Shown piece after piece: positions 44,901 through 54,488 of a stretch of 64,000 nucleotides of DNA. The notes below the pieces were generated by a model, which worked only from the letters and a program-made list of their open reading frames with translations, was not told where the DNA came from and did not search any database. Numbering within the stretch: the first letter of the stretch is position 1; each line of letters opens with the position of its first letter. A program made the position numbers and the translations under genes. Origin of the DNA: Escherichia coli (GTDB lineage Bacteria; Pseudomonadota; Gammaproteobacteria; Enterobacterales; Enterobacteriaceae); NCBI RefSeq assembly GCF_965641715.1, contig NZ_OZ282453.1; one strand, given 5' to 3'.

Positions 44901-47212
44901 TGCCGGATGAGGATGTGAAATTTACCTTGCCAGCCTCCATGACCGGGAACTTCACGCTAAGTAGTGAAACCGCCCGCACCGATACAAACGGTGATGCCGT
45001 GGTCACATTGCGAGGCACAAAAGCGGGTGAGTTTACAGTTACGGCGACGCTGACCAGAAATAATACCGTTGCTTATCAGCAAGTCACTTTTATTGGGGAT
45101 ACAAACAGTGCGCAGCTCCAGCCGCTGACTGCCTCATTAAATCCCATTGTTGCGGGTAACAGTACGGGGAGTACCCTGACGGCAACGATCCTGGACGCTT
45201 ACCAAAATCCGCTTAAAGACCAGTTGGTCACTTTCCAGAGTAACGATGTCACTCTAAGCGGAAAAGAAGTCACCACCAATACGCTGGGTCAGGCGACGGT
45301 AACAATGACCAGCAATATTGCCGGACAACATAACGTCGTGGTGAGCCGGAAAGCGCAAGCCTCCGATAATAAAACGTTTAGTTTATCAGTGCTGCCGGAT
45401 GAAAGTTCGGCGAAGGTAATAAGTATAACCGGAGCCGAAAAAACGATAACGGTGGGCGAAAACATCACGCTACGGATACTCGTCCAGGACGCGTTTAACA
45501 ATGTAATCGCGGGTCAACGCGTCAGATTAAGTGCGCAGCCAACAACTAACATTACGATAGGCGATACGGCTTACACCGATAATAACGGTTATGCGTACGT
45601 TAACCTTCTCAGCACCCAACCTGGGGTTTATCAGGTGACGGCAACGCTGGACAATAACAGTAGTAGTAAGGTTGACGTGAATGTGGCAAATGGCAAACTC
45701 GAGTTAACATCATCGAAACCAGAAACCACGGTCCATAATAGTGAGGGTATTACGCTGACCGCAACGGCGAGAAATGCGCGGGGTGAATTGATGCCAGGGC
45801 AAATTATCACCTTTAGCGTAACGCCTGAAGGTGCAACGCTAAGCAATACAGGGGAAGTCCTTACTGACCAGTCAGGTCAGGCCAAAGTGACACTGACCAG
45901 TGACAAAGTGAATGTCTATACCGTTACGGCCATAATGGGCAAAGATGTTCCCGTTCAGAGCCAGGTAACGGTTGCGGTTAAGGCAGATGCTAAAACGGCA
46001 CATGTTGTGAGCGTCGTGGCTTCTCCTGACACCATCACCGCCGACGGCATCGATAGCAGCACCATCACTTCACGAGTAGAAGATGATTACGGATTCCCGG
46101 TTGAAGGTGTCGATGTTAGTCATGGCTTAGACACCAAAGGCAGCCCGGTAGTTAATATTCCAACTACGCGTACCGATCAGTCCGGGCAAGTCACGGCGAC
46201 AATAACCAGTACATTAGCAGAAACCTTAACAGTCAATGTGCAAGTTCCTGGTACAGCCAACCAATCCGCAACCATTACATTGGTTGCCGGCACGGCCGAT
46301 GAAAGTAAGTCAATTTTGAAATCCGATGTTGACACTCTGAAGGCTGACTACCAGCAGAGCGCAAAACTTACGCTAACATTGCAAGACAAGTACGGTAACC
46401 CGATAGTGACGTCTGATCATCTGGAATTTGTCCAGTCAGGCCCCTTCGTGAACTTTCTCAAGTTGAGCGATATTGATTACAGCCAAAGAAATTATGGCGA
46501 GTACACCGTGACTGTCACTGGCGGAAAAGAGGGAACAGCGACCCTCATTCCCATGCTGAACGGGGTTCATCAGGCAAACTTAAGCATATCGCTGAATCTC
46601 ATCCAATCGATAAAAGAAATGTCCGGTCATGTCACTGCAAACAACCATACCTTCTCAACGGCTAAATTCCCGAGCGAAGGCTTTGCAGGGGCGTATTACA
46701 CACTCAACAATGATAACTTTGAAGCGGGTAAAACCGTTGATGATTATATGTTTTCAAGTTCACAGGGTTGGGTGTCTGTCGATGCTTCAGGTAAAGTTTC
46801 TTTCGCAAATATCGGCGATCAAACGTCAGTCACAATAAGCGCGGTTCCCCGACAAGGAGGTACAACCTACCAGACCTTAATTAAGCTGAAAGGCTGGTGG
46901 GTGAATAATGGAAATCATACCAATATCTGGCTAGCTGCCAATGCGCTCTGTCATGCTAAAAATGATGGATATAATCTTCCTGGCATCACACATTTGACGT
47001 CTGGCGAAAACAAACGCACGCAGGGATCACTGTATGGTGAATGGGGGAACGTTGGAGCGTTTTCCAGTAATTCGCAATTTACACCGGGAGCTTACTGGAC
47101 AAGTGAATCTGATGATTACAGTCGGCACTACTATGTGCAGATGCTAACCGGTATGACCGGAAGCGACGCTGATTCCAGCCCCCAACTGACCGCCTGCCGT
47201 AAATCACTTTAA
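41972..47212 (+). CDS. Invasin/intimin-family inverse autotransporter adhesin (LysM + beta-barrel + multiple Big domains + C-type lectin-like tip)
   Basis: 1746 aa; LysM-like segment (YTLGALESAQSVADRFGISLEELRRLNQF); W/Y-rich barrel region; more than 10 repeated ~100-aa Ig-like segments (e.g. TLTVTAHDSDGTPVPG, TLTAIVTDFHNNPLKD, TLTATILDAYQNPLKD); Cys-containing C-terminal domain. Confidence 0.9.
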   Translation: MASTNAHQIKNNDQNSLCGLGDKIRRLTAGVCLFTQIFFPVMATAQNVVHAKPQTTVSSAPPLIENNTVPYTLGALESAQSVADRFGISLEELRRLNQFRTFARGFDNVRQGEELDVPATTSQKSHEQQNAIPPANGENTLENQIASTSQRVGTLLSQDMNSEQASGMARGWASSEASGAMTDWLNNFGTAKISLGVDEDFSLKNSQFDFLHPWYDTPDYLLFSQHTLHRTDDRTQINTGLGWRHFTSSWMSGINLFFDHDLSRYHSRAGLGAEYWRDYLKLSSNAYIGLTGWRSAPELDNDFEARPANGWDLRAEGWLPAWPQLGGKLVYEQYYGDEVALFDKNDRQSNPHAITAGLNYTPFPLLTLSAEQRQGKQGENDTRFAVDLTWQPSSSMQKQLNPDEVAGRRSLAGSRYDLIDRNNNIVLEYRKKELIRLSLLDPVKGKSGEIKPLVSSIQTKYALKGYNIEAAALEAAGGKVSTSGKDITVTLPGYRFTNTPETDNTWSIDVTAEDVKGNLSRHEQSMVVIQAPTLSQKDSLLSVNPLTVAADKKSTTTLTVTAHDSDGTPVPGLALQTRSEGVQDITLSDWTDNGDGSYTQILTAGTTSGSVTLTPQINGESAVKESIVVNIVPVVSSRDHSSITIDNVSYYAGDDIKVRVELKDESNQPVAYQKEELVKAVTVENSKPGATIVWHEEQPGVYTANYPAHKQGTALRAQLSLHNWNAPLQSHIYNIEANQNKARVATLSATNNDVYADKKTFNTLTINVTDESDNPLINHQVTFKNEKGSAEFVEPPQQNTDAYGVATINMVSQVAEENTISATLPNGFSQRIIAKFVSDSSTPKFKQLVADPDTIIAGNSQGSTLTAIVTDFHNNPLKDMKVNFVAPGGSQLDNTTATTDQSGIVRVHLTSSKAGSYSVDASLEVDKNIHQSVTITVVPNREQSVMTLNAGSGSAIANNTNTVTLTASVKDVYGHPLPDEDVKFTLPASMTGNFTLSSETARTDTNGDAVVTLRGTKAGEFTVTATLTRNNTVAYQQVTFIGDTNSAQLQPLTASLNPIVAGNSTGSTLTATILDAYQNPLKDQLVTFQSNDVTLSGKEVTTNTLGQATVTMTSNIAGQHNVVVSRKAQASDNKTFSLSVLPDESSAKVISITGAEKTITVGENITLRILVQDAFNNVIAGQRVRLSAQPTTNITIGDTAYTDNNGYAYVNLLSTQPGVYQVTATLDNNSSSKVDVNVANGKLELTSSKPETTVHNSEGITLTATARNARGELMPGQIITFSVTPEGATLSNTGEVLTDQSGQAKVTLTSDKVNVYTVTAIMGKDVPVQSQVTVAVKADAKTAHVVSVVASPDTITADGIDSSTITSRVEDDYGFPVEGVDVSHGLDTKGSPVVNIPTTRTDQSGQVTATITSTLAETLTVNVQVPGTANQSATITLVAGTADESKSILKSDVDTLKADYQQSAKLTLTLQDKYGNPIVTSDHLEFVQSGPFVNFLKLSDIDYSQRNYGEYTVTVTGGKEGTATLIPMLNGVHQANLSISLNLIQSIKEMSGHVTANNHTFSTAKFPSEGFAGAYYTLNNDNFEAGKTVDDYMFSSSQGWVSVDASGKVSFANIGDQTSVTISAVPRQGGTTYQTLIKLKGWWVNNGNHTNIWLAANALCHAKNDGYNLPGITHLTSGENKRTQGSLYGEWGNVGAFSSNSQFTPGAYWTSESDDYSRHYYVQMLTGMTGSDADSSPQLTACRKSL

Positions 47213-47283
47213 TTTCAGCAGTTGTTATTAAAGGATACCCTTTTGCGAGGGTATCCTTTCAGACTGATAACAAACGCTACATT

Positions 47284-47312
47284 GCCTGATGCGCTGCGCT
47301 TATCAGGCCTAT
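47284..47312. repeat. REP element between adhesin gene and kptA
   Basis: GCCTGATGCGCTGCGCTTATCAGGCCTAT; preceded by hairpin AAGGATACCC-ttttgcga-GGGTATCCTT at about 47232-47260. Confidence 0.75.
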
Positions 47313-47335
47313 ATAGCCCCTGCAATATATTGAAT

Positions 47336-47920
47336 TTATTGTTTTTGTACCCCAGTCGGCATAAACGACCACTCAAGAAACTCAACAGCAACCGTTGATG
47401 TCAGCCAGACCCCGTTTTCCGCTTGCCAGAAAGGGATGCCTCGTTTCGCCATCTCCTGTGCTTTGACGGTTAAGATAACCGGCGATCCGTGTCTTGCTCC
47501 CACTTTGCGTGCCGTTGCTTCATCAGCAGAGAGATGCACGTAATGACGACCCCCTGCAATCAGCCCCTGTTTTTTTATCTCGTCAAGGAAACGGCTTGCC
47601 GTACCGTGGTAGAGAAACTGTGGCGGTGTTTTTTCGGCAAAGGAAATAGCGACCTGCGAAGTCGAATGCCCCTGAACCGCGCGGATGCACCTACCATCAC
47701 TGGAATAACTAAAACGCTTTTTATCGCTGGTTGCGACCACGGTATCCAGCAATGCACGGGTTAATCGCTTGCCCGCTTTTTGGGCACAAAGTATGAGCTT
47801 ATCGATATTCGCCCATCCTTCACGGTCCAGTACGATACCAATCGCCTCCGGTTTGTGTCGGAGGACAAAACTTAAAAACTTGCTCGTATCCGCCAGCTCT
47901 TTTTCGTTGTACTTTGCCAT
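47336..47920 (-). CDS. kptA: RNA 2'-phosphotransferase (Tpt1/KptA family)
   Basis: ORF 47336..48022; likely start [25 protein letters not shown]. Confidence 0.85.
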   Translation of the reverse strand: MAKYNEKELADTSKFLSFVLRHKPEAIGIVLDREGWANIDKLILCAQKAGKRLTRALLDTVVATSDKKRFSYSSDGRCIRAVQGHSTSQVAISFAEKTPPQFLYHGTASRFLDEIKKQGLIAGGRHYVHLSADEATARKVGARHGSPVILTVKAQEMAKRGIPFWQAENGVWLTSTVAVEFLEWSFMPTGVQKQ

Positions 47921-48169
47921 CGCGTTTTCGTCCCTGGGTTTTCTGTTTTTATTTACCAATGTCATTGTCACTGGGTTTATGAATTTTCTGCAACTCAATC
48001 CTGCGCAGAACCTTTTCCACACAGCGTAATGTTTCCCCTATGCAAAAAACGCATAGCCAGAAACATACTTGCATTTTCCCCATACCCACATGGCTGATAA
48101 GGTTTTTCAGTTCCAGGAATTTTCCTGGCTCAAGCAACACACAAACACAAAAAAACAATGGGGATTGTT

Positions 48170-48853
48170 ATGACACAACAAGGGGATGCTGTAGCCGGGG
48201 AGCTGGCGACAGAAAAAGTGGGCATTAAAGGGTATCTGGCTTTTTTTCTCACCATAATCTTTTTTTCCGGTGTTTTTTCCGGAACAGACAGCTGGTGGCG
48301 CGTTTTTGATTTTTCCGTTCTGAACGGATCGTTTGGGCAACTGCCTGGTGCGAACGGAGCCACCACCTCATTTCGCGGCGCGGGTGGTGCGGGGGCTAAA
48401 GATGGCTTTCTCTTTGCGCTGGAGCTGGCACCGTCAGTCATTCTCTCTCTGGGGATTATTTCAATTACCGATGGTCTTGGTGGATTACGCGCCGCGCAGC
48501 AGTTAATGACACCTGTGCTAAAACCGTTGTTGGGCATTCCAGGGATCTGCTCGCTGGCGCTGATCGCTAACTTGCAAAACACTGATGCCGCCGCCGGTAT
48601 GACCAAAGAGCTGGCGCAGGAAGGTGAAATTACCGAACGCGATAAAGTGATTTTCGCCGCATATCAAACCAGCGGTAGCGCCATCATCACCAACTACTTC
48701 TCTTCCGGCGTCGCGGTGTTTGCCTTTCTGGGCACGTCCGTAATCGTACCTTTAGCCGTCATCCTGGTGTTTAAATTTGTCGGAGCCAACATTTTGCGCG
48801 TCTGGCTTAACTTCGAAGAACGTCGCAACCCAACGCAAGGAGCGCAAGCATGA
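48170..48853 (+). CDS. yjiH: Inner-membrane protein with nucleoside-recognition-like domain
   Basis: ORF 48158..48853; Met at 48170 has a GGGGA SD; 227 aa; overlaps yjiG start. Confidence 0.8.
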   Translation: MTQQGDAVAGELATEKVGIKGYLAFFLTIIFFSGVFSGTDSWWRVFDFSVLNGSFGQLPGANGATTSFRGAGGAGAKDGFLFALELAPSVILSLGIISITDGLGGLRAAQQLMTPVLKPLLGIPGICSLALIANLQNTDAAAGMTKELAQEGEITERDKVIFAAYQTSGSAIITNYFSSGVAVFAFLGTSVIVPLAVILVFKFVGANILRVWLNFEERRNPTQGAQA

Positions 48854-49311
48854 CAACTCAGGTCCGCAAAAACGTCATGGATATGTTTATCGATGGCGCG
48901 CGCCGTGGCTTTACTATCGCCACGACCAACCTGCTGCCAAACGTGGTGATGGCGTTTGTCATCATTCAGGCGCTGAAAATTACCGGCCTGCTCGACTGGG
49001 TGGGGCATATCTGTGAACCCGTAATGGCGCTGTGGGGATTACCCGGTGAAGCGGCAACCGTCCTTTTAGCCGCATTAATGAGTATGGGCGGCGCAGTCGG
49101 TGTTGCCGCCAGTCTGGCAACCGCTGGCGCTTTAACCGGCCACGATGTCACCGTTTTACTACCCGCAATGTATTTAATGGGCAACCCGGTGCAAAATGTC
49201 GGTCGCTGCCTGGGGACAGCCGAAGTGAATGCCAAATATTACCCGCATATCATTACGGTCTGCGTGATTAACGCATTGCTGTCGATCTGGGTTATGCAGC
49301 TTATTGTTTAA
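48850..49311 (+). CDS. yjiG: SpmB-family inner-membrane protein
   Basis: 153-aa hydrophobic ORF coupled to yjiH (ATGA overlap). Confidence 0.8.
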   Translation: MTTQVRKNVMDMFIDGARRGFTIATTNLLPNVVMAFVIIQALKITGLLDWVGHICEPVMALWGLPGEAATVLLAALMSMGGAVGVAASLATAGALTGHDVTVLLPAMYLMGNPVQNVGRCLGTAEVNAKYYPHIITVCVINALLSIWVMQLIV

Positions 49312-49323
49312 CAAGGAGTTACC

Positions 49324-50496
49324 ATGATTGATTATACCGCAGCCGGTTTTACCCTGCTGCAGGGAGCGCATTTGTATGCGCCGGAAGATCGGGGAATTTG
49401 CGATGTCCTCGTCGCTAACGGCAAAATTATCGCCGTTGCCAGCAATATCCCTTCTGACATTGTACCGAACTGCACGGTTGTCGATCTCAGTGGGCAGATC
49501 CTCTGCCCAGGTTTTATTGATCAACACGTTCATTTGATTGGCGGTGGCGGCGAAGCAGGTCCCACGACGCGCACGCCGGAAGTGGCGCTAAGTCGCCTGA
49601 CGGAAGCGGGCGTCACGTCAGTGGTTGGTCTGCTGGGCACCGACTCTATCTCTCGCCACCCGGAATCCCTGCTCGCCAAGACCCGTGCGCTCAATGAAGA
49701 AGGCATCAGCGCCTGGATGCTGACCGGCGCTTATCATGTCCCTTCCCGCACCATTACGGGTTCCGTGGAAAAAGACGTGGCGATTATCGATCGTGTGATT
49801 GGCGTGAAATGCGCCATCTCTGATCACCGTTCTGCCGCACCGGACGTTTATCACCTGGCTAATATGGCGGCAGAATCCCGCGTTGGCGGTTTGCTCGGCG
49901 GTAAACCTGGCGTCACCGTGTTCCACATGGGCGACAGTAAAAAGGCATTACAGCCTATTTATGACCTGCTGGAAAACTGCGATGTGCCGATCAGCAAGCT
50001 GCTGCCGACCCACGTTAACCGCAACGTACCGTTGTTTGAGCAGGCGCTGGAGTTCGCGCGCAAAGGCGGCACCATCGATATCACCAGCAGCATTGACGAA
50101 CCGGTCGCCCCTGCCGAAGGTATTGCCCGCGCCGTTCAGGCGGGTATTCCGCTGGCACGCGTCACCCTCAGCTCCGACGGCAACGGTAGCCAGCCGTTCT
50201 TCGATGATGAAGGGAATTTAACCCATATCGGCGTTGCAGGTTTTGAAACGTTGCTGGAAACCGTGCAGGTGCTGGTTAAAGACTATGATTTCAGTATCAG
50301 CGATGCCCTGCGCCCGCTCACCAGTAGCGTAGCCGGTTTCCTTAACCTGAGCGGGAAAGGCGAAATTCTGCCAGGCAATGACGCAGACTTACTGGTCATG
50401 ACGCCAGAATTGCGCATTGAGCAGGTATACGCTCGCGGCAAACTGATGGTCAAAGACGGCAAAGCCTGCGTGAAAGGAACGTTTGAAACGGCTTAA
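49324..50496 (+). CDS. iadA: Isoaspartyl dipeptidase (amidohydrolase superfamily)
   Basis: 390-aa ORF with HxH metal-binding motif (DQHVHLIGGGGE). Confidence 0.9.
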   Translation: MIDYTAAGFTLLQGAHLYAPEDRGICDVLVANGKIIAVASNIPSDIVPNCTVVDLSGQILCPGFIDQHVHLIGGGGEAGPTTRTPEVALSRLTEAGVTSVVGLLGTDSISRHPESLLAKTRALNEEGISAWMLTGAYHVPSRTITGSVEKDVAIIDRVIGVKCAISDHRSAAPDVYHLANMAAESRVGGLLGGKPGVTVFHMGDSKKALQPIYDLLENCDVPISKLLPTHVNRNVPLFEQALEFARKGGTIDITSSIDEPVAPAEGIARAVQAGIPLARVTLSSDGNGSQPFFDDEGNLTHIGVAGFETLLETVQVLVKDYDFSISDALRPLTSSVAGFLNLSGKGEILPGNDADLLVMTPELRIEQVYARGKLMVKDGKACVKGTFETA

Positions 50497-50560
50497 ACGG
50501 TTGTCAGCCGCCCTAATGGACGTAGAATGCCCGCAAGGGCGGCTGACAGAGTAAAACGTA

Positions 50561-51472
50561 ATGGATGACTGTGGTGCGGTTTTGCATAATATTGAAACCA
50601 AATGGCTTTATGATTTTCTGACCCTGGAAAAATGCCGCAATTTTTCCCAGGCGGCAGTCAGTCGTAACGTCTCGCAACCGGCATTCAGCCGCCGCATCCG
50701 CGCGCTGGAACAGGCGATTGGCGTTGAATTGTTTAACCGCCAGGTGACGCCGCTGCAACTCTCAGAACAAGGGAAAATCTTCCATTCGCAGATCCGCCAT
50801 CTGTTGCAACAGTTAGAAAGTAACCTTGCAGAGCTGCGTGGCGGCAGCGATTACGCGCAACGTAAAATCAAGATAGCCGCTGCACACTCTCTTTCCCTCG
50901 GTCTGTTACCGTCCATTATCAGCCAGATGCCGCCGCTCTTTACCTGGGCGATTGAAGCTATTGATGTCGATGAAGCAGTCGATAAACTGCGTGAAGGGCA
51001 AAGTGACTGTATTTTTTCCTTTCACGACGAAGATTTGCTGGAAGCGCCGTTTGACCACATTCGCTTATTTGAATCTCAATTATTCCCTGTCTGCGCCAGT
51101 GACGAACACGGAGAAGCACTTTTTAACCTCGCGCAGCCACACTTTCCGTTACTGAATTACAGCCGCAACTCCTACATGGGGCGATTGATTAATCGCACCC
51201 TGACGCGCCACAGCGAGTTAAGTTTCAGCACCTTTTTTGTCTCTTCGATGAGCGAGCTATTAAAGCAGGTTGCCCTCGACGGCTGTGGGATTGCCTGGCT
51301 GCCGGAGTATGCCATCCAACAAGAAATTCGCAGCGGGCAGCTCGTTGTGCTGAATCGGGACGAACTGGTGATCCCGATTCAGGCCTACGCATACCGGATG
51401 AATACCCGCATGAATCCAGTTGCCGAACGCTTCTGGCGTGAACTGCGCGAGCTGGAGATTGTGCTTAGCTGA
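50561..51472 (+). CDS. hypT: LysR-family regulator (hypochlorite-responsive HypT)
   Basis: 303-aa ORF with N-terminal LysR HTH. Confidence 0.85.
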   Translation: MDDCGAVLHNIETKWLYDFLTLEKCRNFSQAAVSRNVSQPAFSRRIRALEQAIGVELFNRQVTPLQLSEQGKIFHSQIRHLLQQLESNLAELRGGSDYAQRKIKIAAAHSLSLGLLPSIISQMPPLFTWAIEAIDVDEAVDKLREGQSDCIFSFHDEDLLEAPFDHIRLFESQLFPVCASDEHGEALFNLAQPHFPLLNYSRNSYMGRLINRTLTRHSELSFSTFFVSSMSELLKQVALDGCGIAWLPEYAIQQEIRSGQLVVLNRDELVIPIQAYAYRMNTRMNPVAERFWRELRELEIVLS

Positions 51473-51857
51473 CATTCTCCAGCGTCGCACTGCGCCAACC
51501 GCCATTATCCCAGACCAGATCAAACGTTAGCGGTTCATCGTCGTGGTACAGCATTATCTCAAGGCTGATCGCCAGAGTGTGGCAGTACGCTTCTTTCAAA
51601 TTAACCTGCAACGCCGCAATCCGTGGCTCATGAAATAACAGTGCAGAACGCAGCTGACGGCAATACCAGCTCTGGAGATGTTTGTCGCTCGGGTTATGCA
51701 CTTGCCACTCGGGCATGCCTGAAACAAGTAATGACGGTAATGCCGAATGAGGAGAATTAAAAAGAGTGAGGAGATCGCTGCATACCGATTTACGCAGCAA
51801 TGACGTTTTATTGCCTGAAATTTCAGGTAAAACAGCCTGAAGTGATTGGCGCATCAT
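51465..51857 (-). CDS. iraD: Anti-adaptor protein IraD (RpoS stabiliser)
   Basis: ORF 51465..51866; likely start [21 protein letters not shown] (130 aa); 3' end overlaps the hypT 3' end convergently. Confidence 0.8.
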   Translation of the reverse strand: MMRQSLQAVLPEISGNKTSLLRKSVCSDLLTLFNSPHSALPSLLVSGMPEWQVHNPSDKHLQSWYCRQLRSALLFHEPRIAALQVNLKEAYCHTLAISLEIMLYHDDEPLTFDLVWDNGGWRSATLENVS

Positions 51858-52529
51858 TTTGCGCACTCCTGACGTTTAGCAACATATGCGGCTTGCCCTG
51901 AACACCGGGCACCACTGTATTGATGCTCATTTTCCATAGCCATTCCCTTTTGTTCATTACATCCATGTCAGTCTGAGACAGGCCTGAATCCTGTCAGCAA
52001 AGTATAAAACCTTACTTGCCTATGAATATCTACTGACTTTTCAGGAAAAAAGTCATGATTTGATAAAAATCATCAAACTCAAAAAAAAACCGCTAGTATA
52101 TTCTGAATATTCCGAATAGTTACGTAGATGAAAATTCTTGTCACCGCCGCTACTTAATTTCGGTGGGAAATTATTTATTTCCGCATAATCAGCCATGTAT
52201 TATTTGAAACAATTAGTTTGTAAATAATATAAATTGATAACATATCAAATACATCAAAAATACCATTCACAGGCATTATTAATATAGACATCAATATAGC
52301 AACATCAAATTCCAATTAGTAATAAGATATGCTTTTTAATTGCATGAAAATAATTTCAAATGAGCGTTTTTTGATACTTTAGAGTGTTTCCTACCCTTTA
52401 ATATCACCGTGTAGAGTTGATATCACTACAACAGAAACATGCATGTCATTTTTTTACTTCTCATTTTACTACAGAAAAATTTATCTATTTTTCTAAACAT
52501 CAGTGAAATACTCATAAAAGGTAACTATT

Positions 52530-53360
52530 ATGTCTATGCCATTAAGCAATACCCTTCAGAGCCAAATTATTACAGATAATCACTTCCTTCATCATCCAAA
52601 AGTCGACAGTGAGTTAACACGTAAATATGAACGTGCACGCCTGGATACGGAAAATATCTATCTTCTGCCTCTTGCTCGTGGCAATAACCATAATTACGAT
52701 GGAAAAAGCGTTGTCGAAATTAGAAAACTTGATATTAGTAAAGAGTCCTGGCCATTTAATTATGTGACAGAAGCATGCAGAGAATCCGATGGTATTACAA
52801 CAACAGGACGTATGCTCTATCGAAACTTGAAAATCACCTCAGCTTTAGACGAAATATATGGTGGCATATGTAAAAAGGCGCATGCTGCTACAGAATTAGC
52901 AGAAGGTTTACGGCTAAATTTATTTATGAAGAGCCCTTTCGATCCTGTTGAGGACTATACAGTTCATGAAATAACATTAGGCCCTGGTTGCAATGTTCCA
53001 GGTTACGCCGGAACCACGATAGGATATATTTCAACCCTTCCAGTTTCTCAGGCAAAAAGATGGACCAATGAGCAGCCAAGAATTGATATCTATATTGATC
53101 AGATAATAACTGTCTCAGGGGTAGCAAATTCTTCCGGATTCGCCCTTGCCGCATTACTTAATGCTAATATTGAGATGGGAAATGACCCAATCATTGGTAT
53201 AGAAGCCTATCCTGGTACCGCGGAGATCCATGCAAAAATGGGATATAAAGTTATCCCCGGTGATGAAGATGCGCCACTCAAACGCATGACTCTGCAACCG
53301 TCATCTCTTCCAGAACTGTTTGAATTAAAAAATGGTGAATGGAATTATATTGGCAAATAA
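52530..53360 (+). CDS. yjiC: Uncharacterised protein
   Basis: 276-aa AT-rich ORF in conserved position between iraD and uxuR. Confidence 0.75.
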   Translation: MSMPLSNTLQSQIITDNHFLHHPKVDSELTRKYERARLDTENIYLLPLARGNNHNYDGKSVVEIRKLDISKESWPFNYVTEACRESDGITTTGRMLYRNLKITSALDEIYGGICKKAHAATELAEGLRLNLFMKSPFDPVEDYTVHEITLGPGCNVPGYAGTTIGYISTLPVSQAKRWTNEQPRIDIYIDQIITVSGVANSSGFALAALLNANIEMGNDPIIGIEAYPGTAEIHAKMGYKVIPGDEDAPLKRMTLQPSSLPELFELKNGEWNYIGK

Positions 53361-53460
53361 CCACTGAGAAGAATGAGTACTAACATTCAGGTTATATAGA
53401 TATTTAAACAATACCCTGCAATTTACAAAGTAATACTCATTGCGACTTCTTAATTTAAGA

Positions 53461-53489
53461 AAGCGCAAGGAACGTTTACCCTTGCGCTT
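53461..53489. terminator. Bidirectional hairpin between yjiC and uxuR
   Basis: AAGCGCAAGG-aacgtttac-CCTTGCGCTT. Confidence 0.7.
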
Positions 53490-53500
53490 ATCATAATCAG

Positions 53501-54274
53501 TCAGGCGTCGACTTTATCCAGCGGCCATGAATCAAAGAGATAGCCGTCAAAATAAATATCGTCAACGTTCGAGAATTCCAGCAGACGTTGCTTAACGTTT
53601 TCCAGATGCTGCCACATTGCCAGCTTCGCCGCTCGGGCATCTTTTTTGATTAACGCGGCAAGGATCTGTTTGTGATCGCCCAACCACTCTTTGCGATACA
53701 GGCTGTCATCCAGATGGCTGTGCAACTGGATCCACATTGGATTGTTTTCCCGCCACTGCCAGGACTGACGGAATAACTCCACCAGCATGCTGTTATGCGT
53801 TGCTTCAGCAATGGCGAGATGGAACTGCATGTCACCGCTTTCGCTGCTACCCGGCGCGCTGGAAGCCAGTTCACGCTCTTCCAGTTGCAATGCCTGACGC
53901 ATTTTGACGATATCTTCGCGGGTAGCCTGCAGGGCGGCAAACTCGGCGATGTTACTTTCCAGTAACTGACGCGCCTGTAACAGCTCAAAAGGACCCGCAT
54001 CATTGCAGACGTTGGCATCCGGACTGTCTGTGTTGTGGCTGCCTGAGCTATCAAGAACATAGATACCGGCACCCCGGCGCACTTCCACCAGCCCTTTGAT
54101 CTCCAGCATGATCAGCGCTTCACGTACCACCGTCCGCGTGACATCAAGCATTTCTGCAATTTCACGCTCCGGCGGCAGCCGTTCGCCAGGATTGTACGGC
54201 GTCTTTATGATCAGATCGCGGATCATCGCCCCGACTTCCTGGTAAGGTCTTTGCGCAGAGGTGGCAGATTTCAT
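53501..54274 (-). CDS. uxuR: GntR/FadR-family repressor of hexuronate genes
   Basis: 257-aa ORF with N-terminal GntR HTH and FCD-type C-terminal domain. Confidence 0.9.
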   Translation of the reverse strand: MKSATSAQRPYQEVGAMIRDLIIKTPYNPGERLPPEREIAEMLDVTRTVVREALIMLEIKGLVEVRRGAGIYVLDSSGSHNTDSPDANVCNDAGPFELLQARQLLESNIAEFAALQATREDIVKMRQALQLEERELASSAPGSSESGDMQFHLAIAEATHNSMLVELFRQSWQWRENNPMWIQLHSHLDDSLYRKEWLGDHKQILAALIKKDARAAKLAMWQHLENVKQRLLEFSNVDDIYFDGYLFDSWPLDKVDA

Positions 54275-54311
54275 GGTGTTGTGTCCGTTAGGTGCGGTTA
54301 ATCAAATTTTT

Positions 54312-54345
54312 GCCGGATGCGGCGTGAACGCCTTATCCGGCCTAC
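54312..54345. repeat. REP element between uxuB and uxuR
   Basis: GCCGGATGCGGCGTGAACGCCTTATCCGGCCTAC canonical REP. Confidence 0.85.
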
Positions 54346-54488
54346 AAAGGGCAATTTTACGGCCCCCGTTAATCTCAAACTATACCATTAGCACTGGAAG
54401 TTGGCACGTACAGGTGGGCAAAAAAACGAAAACTGGTCAACCAAATATCAGTTTGATTGACCAGTAAGTCTGTAGGGTAATCAGTTAG

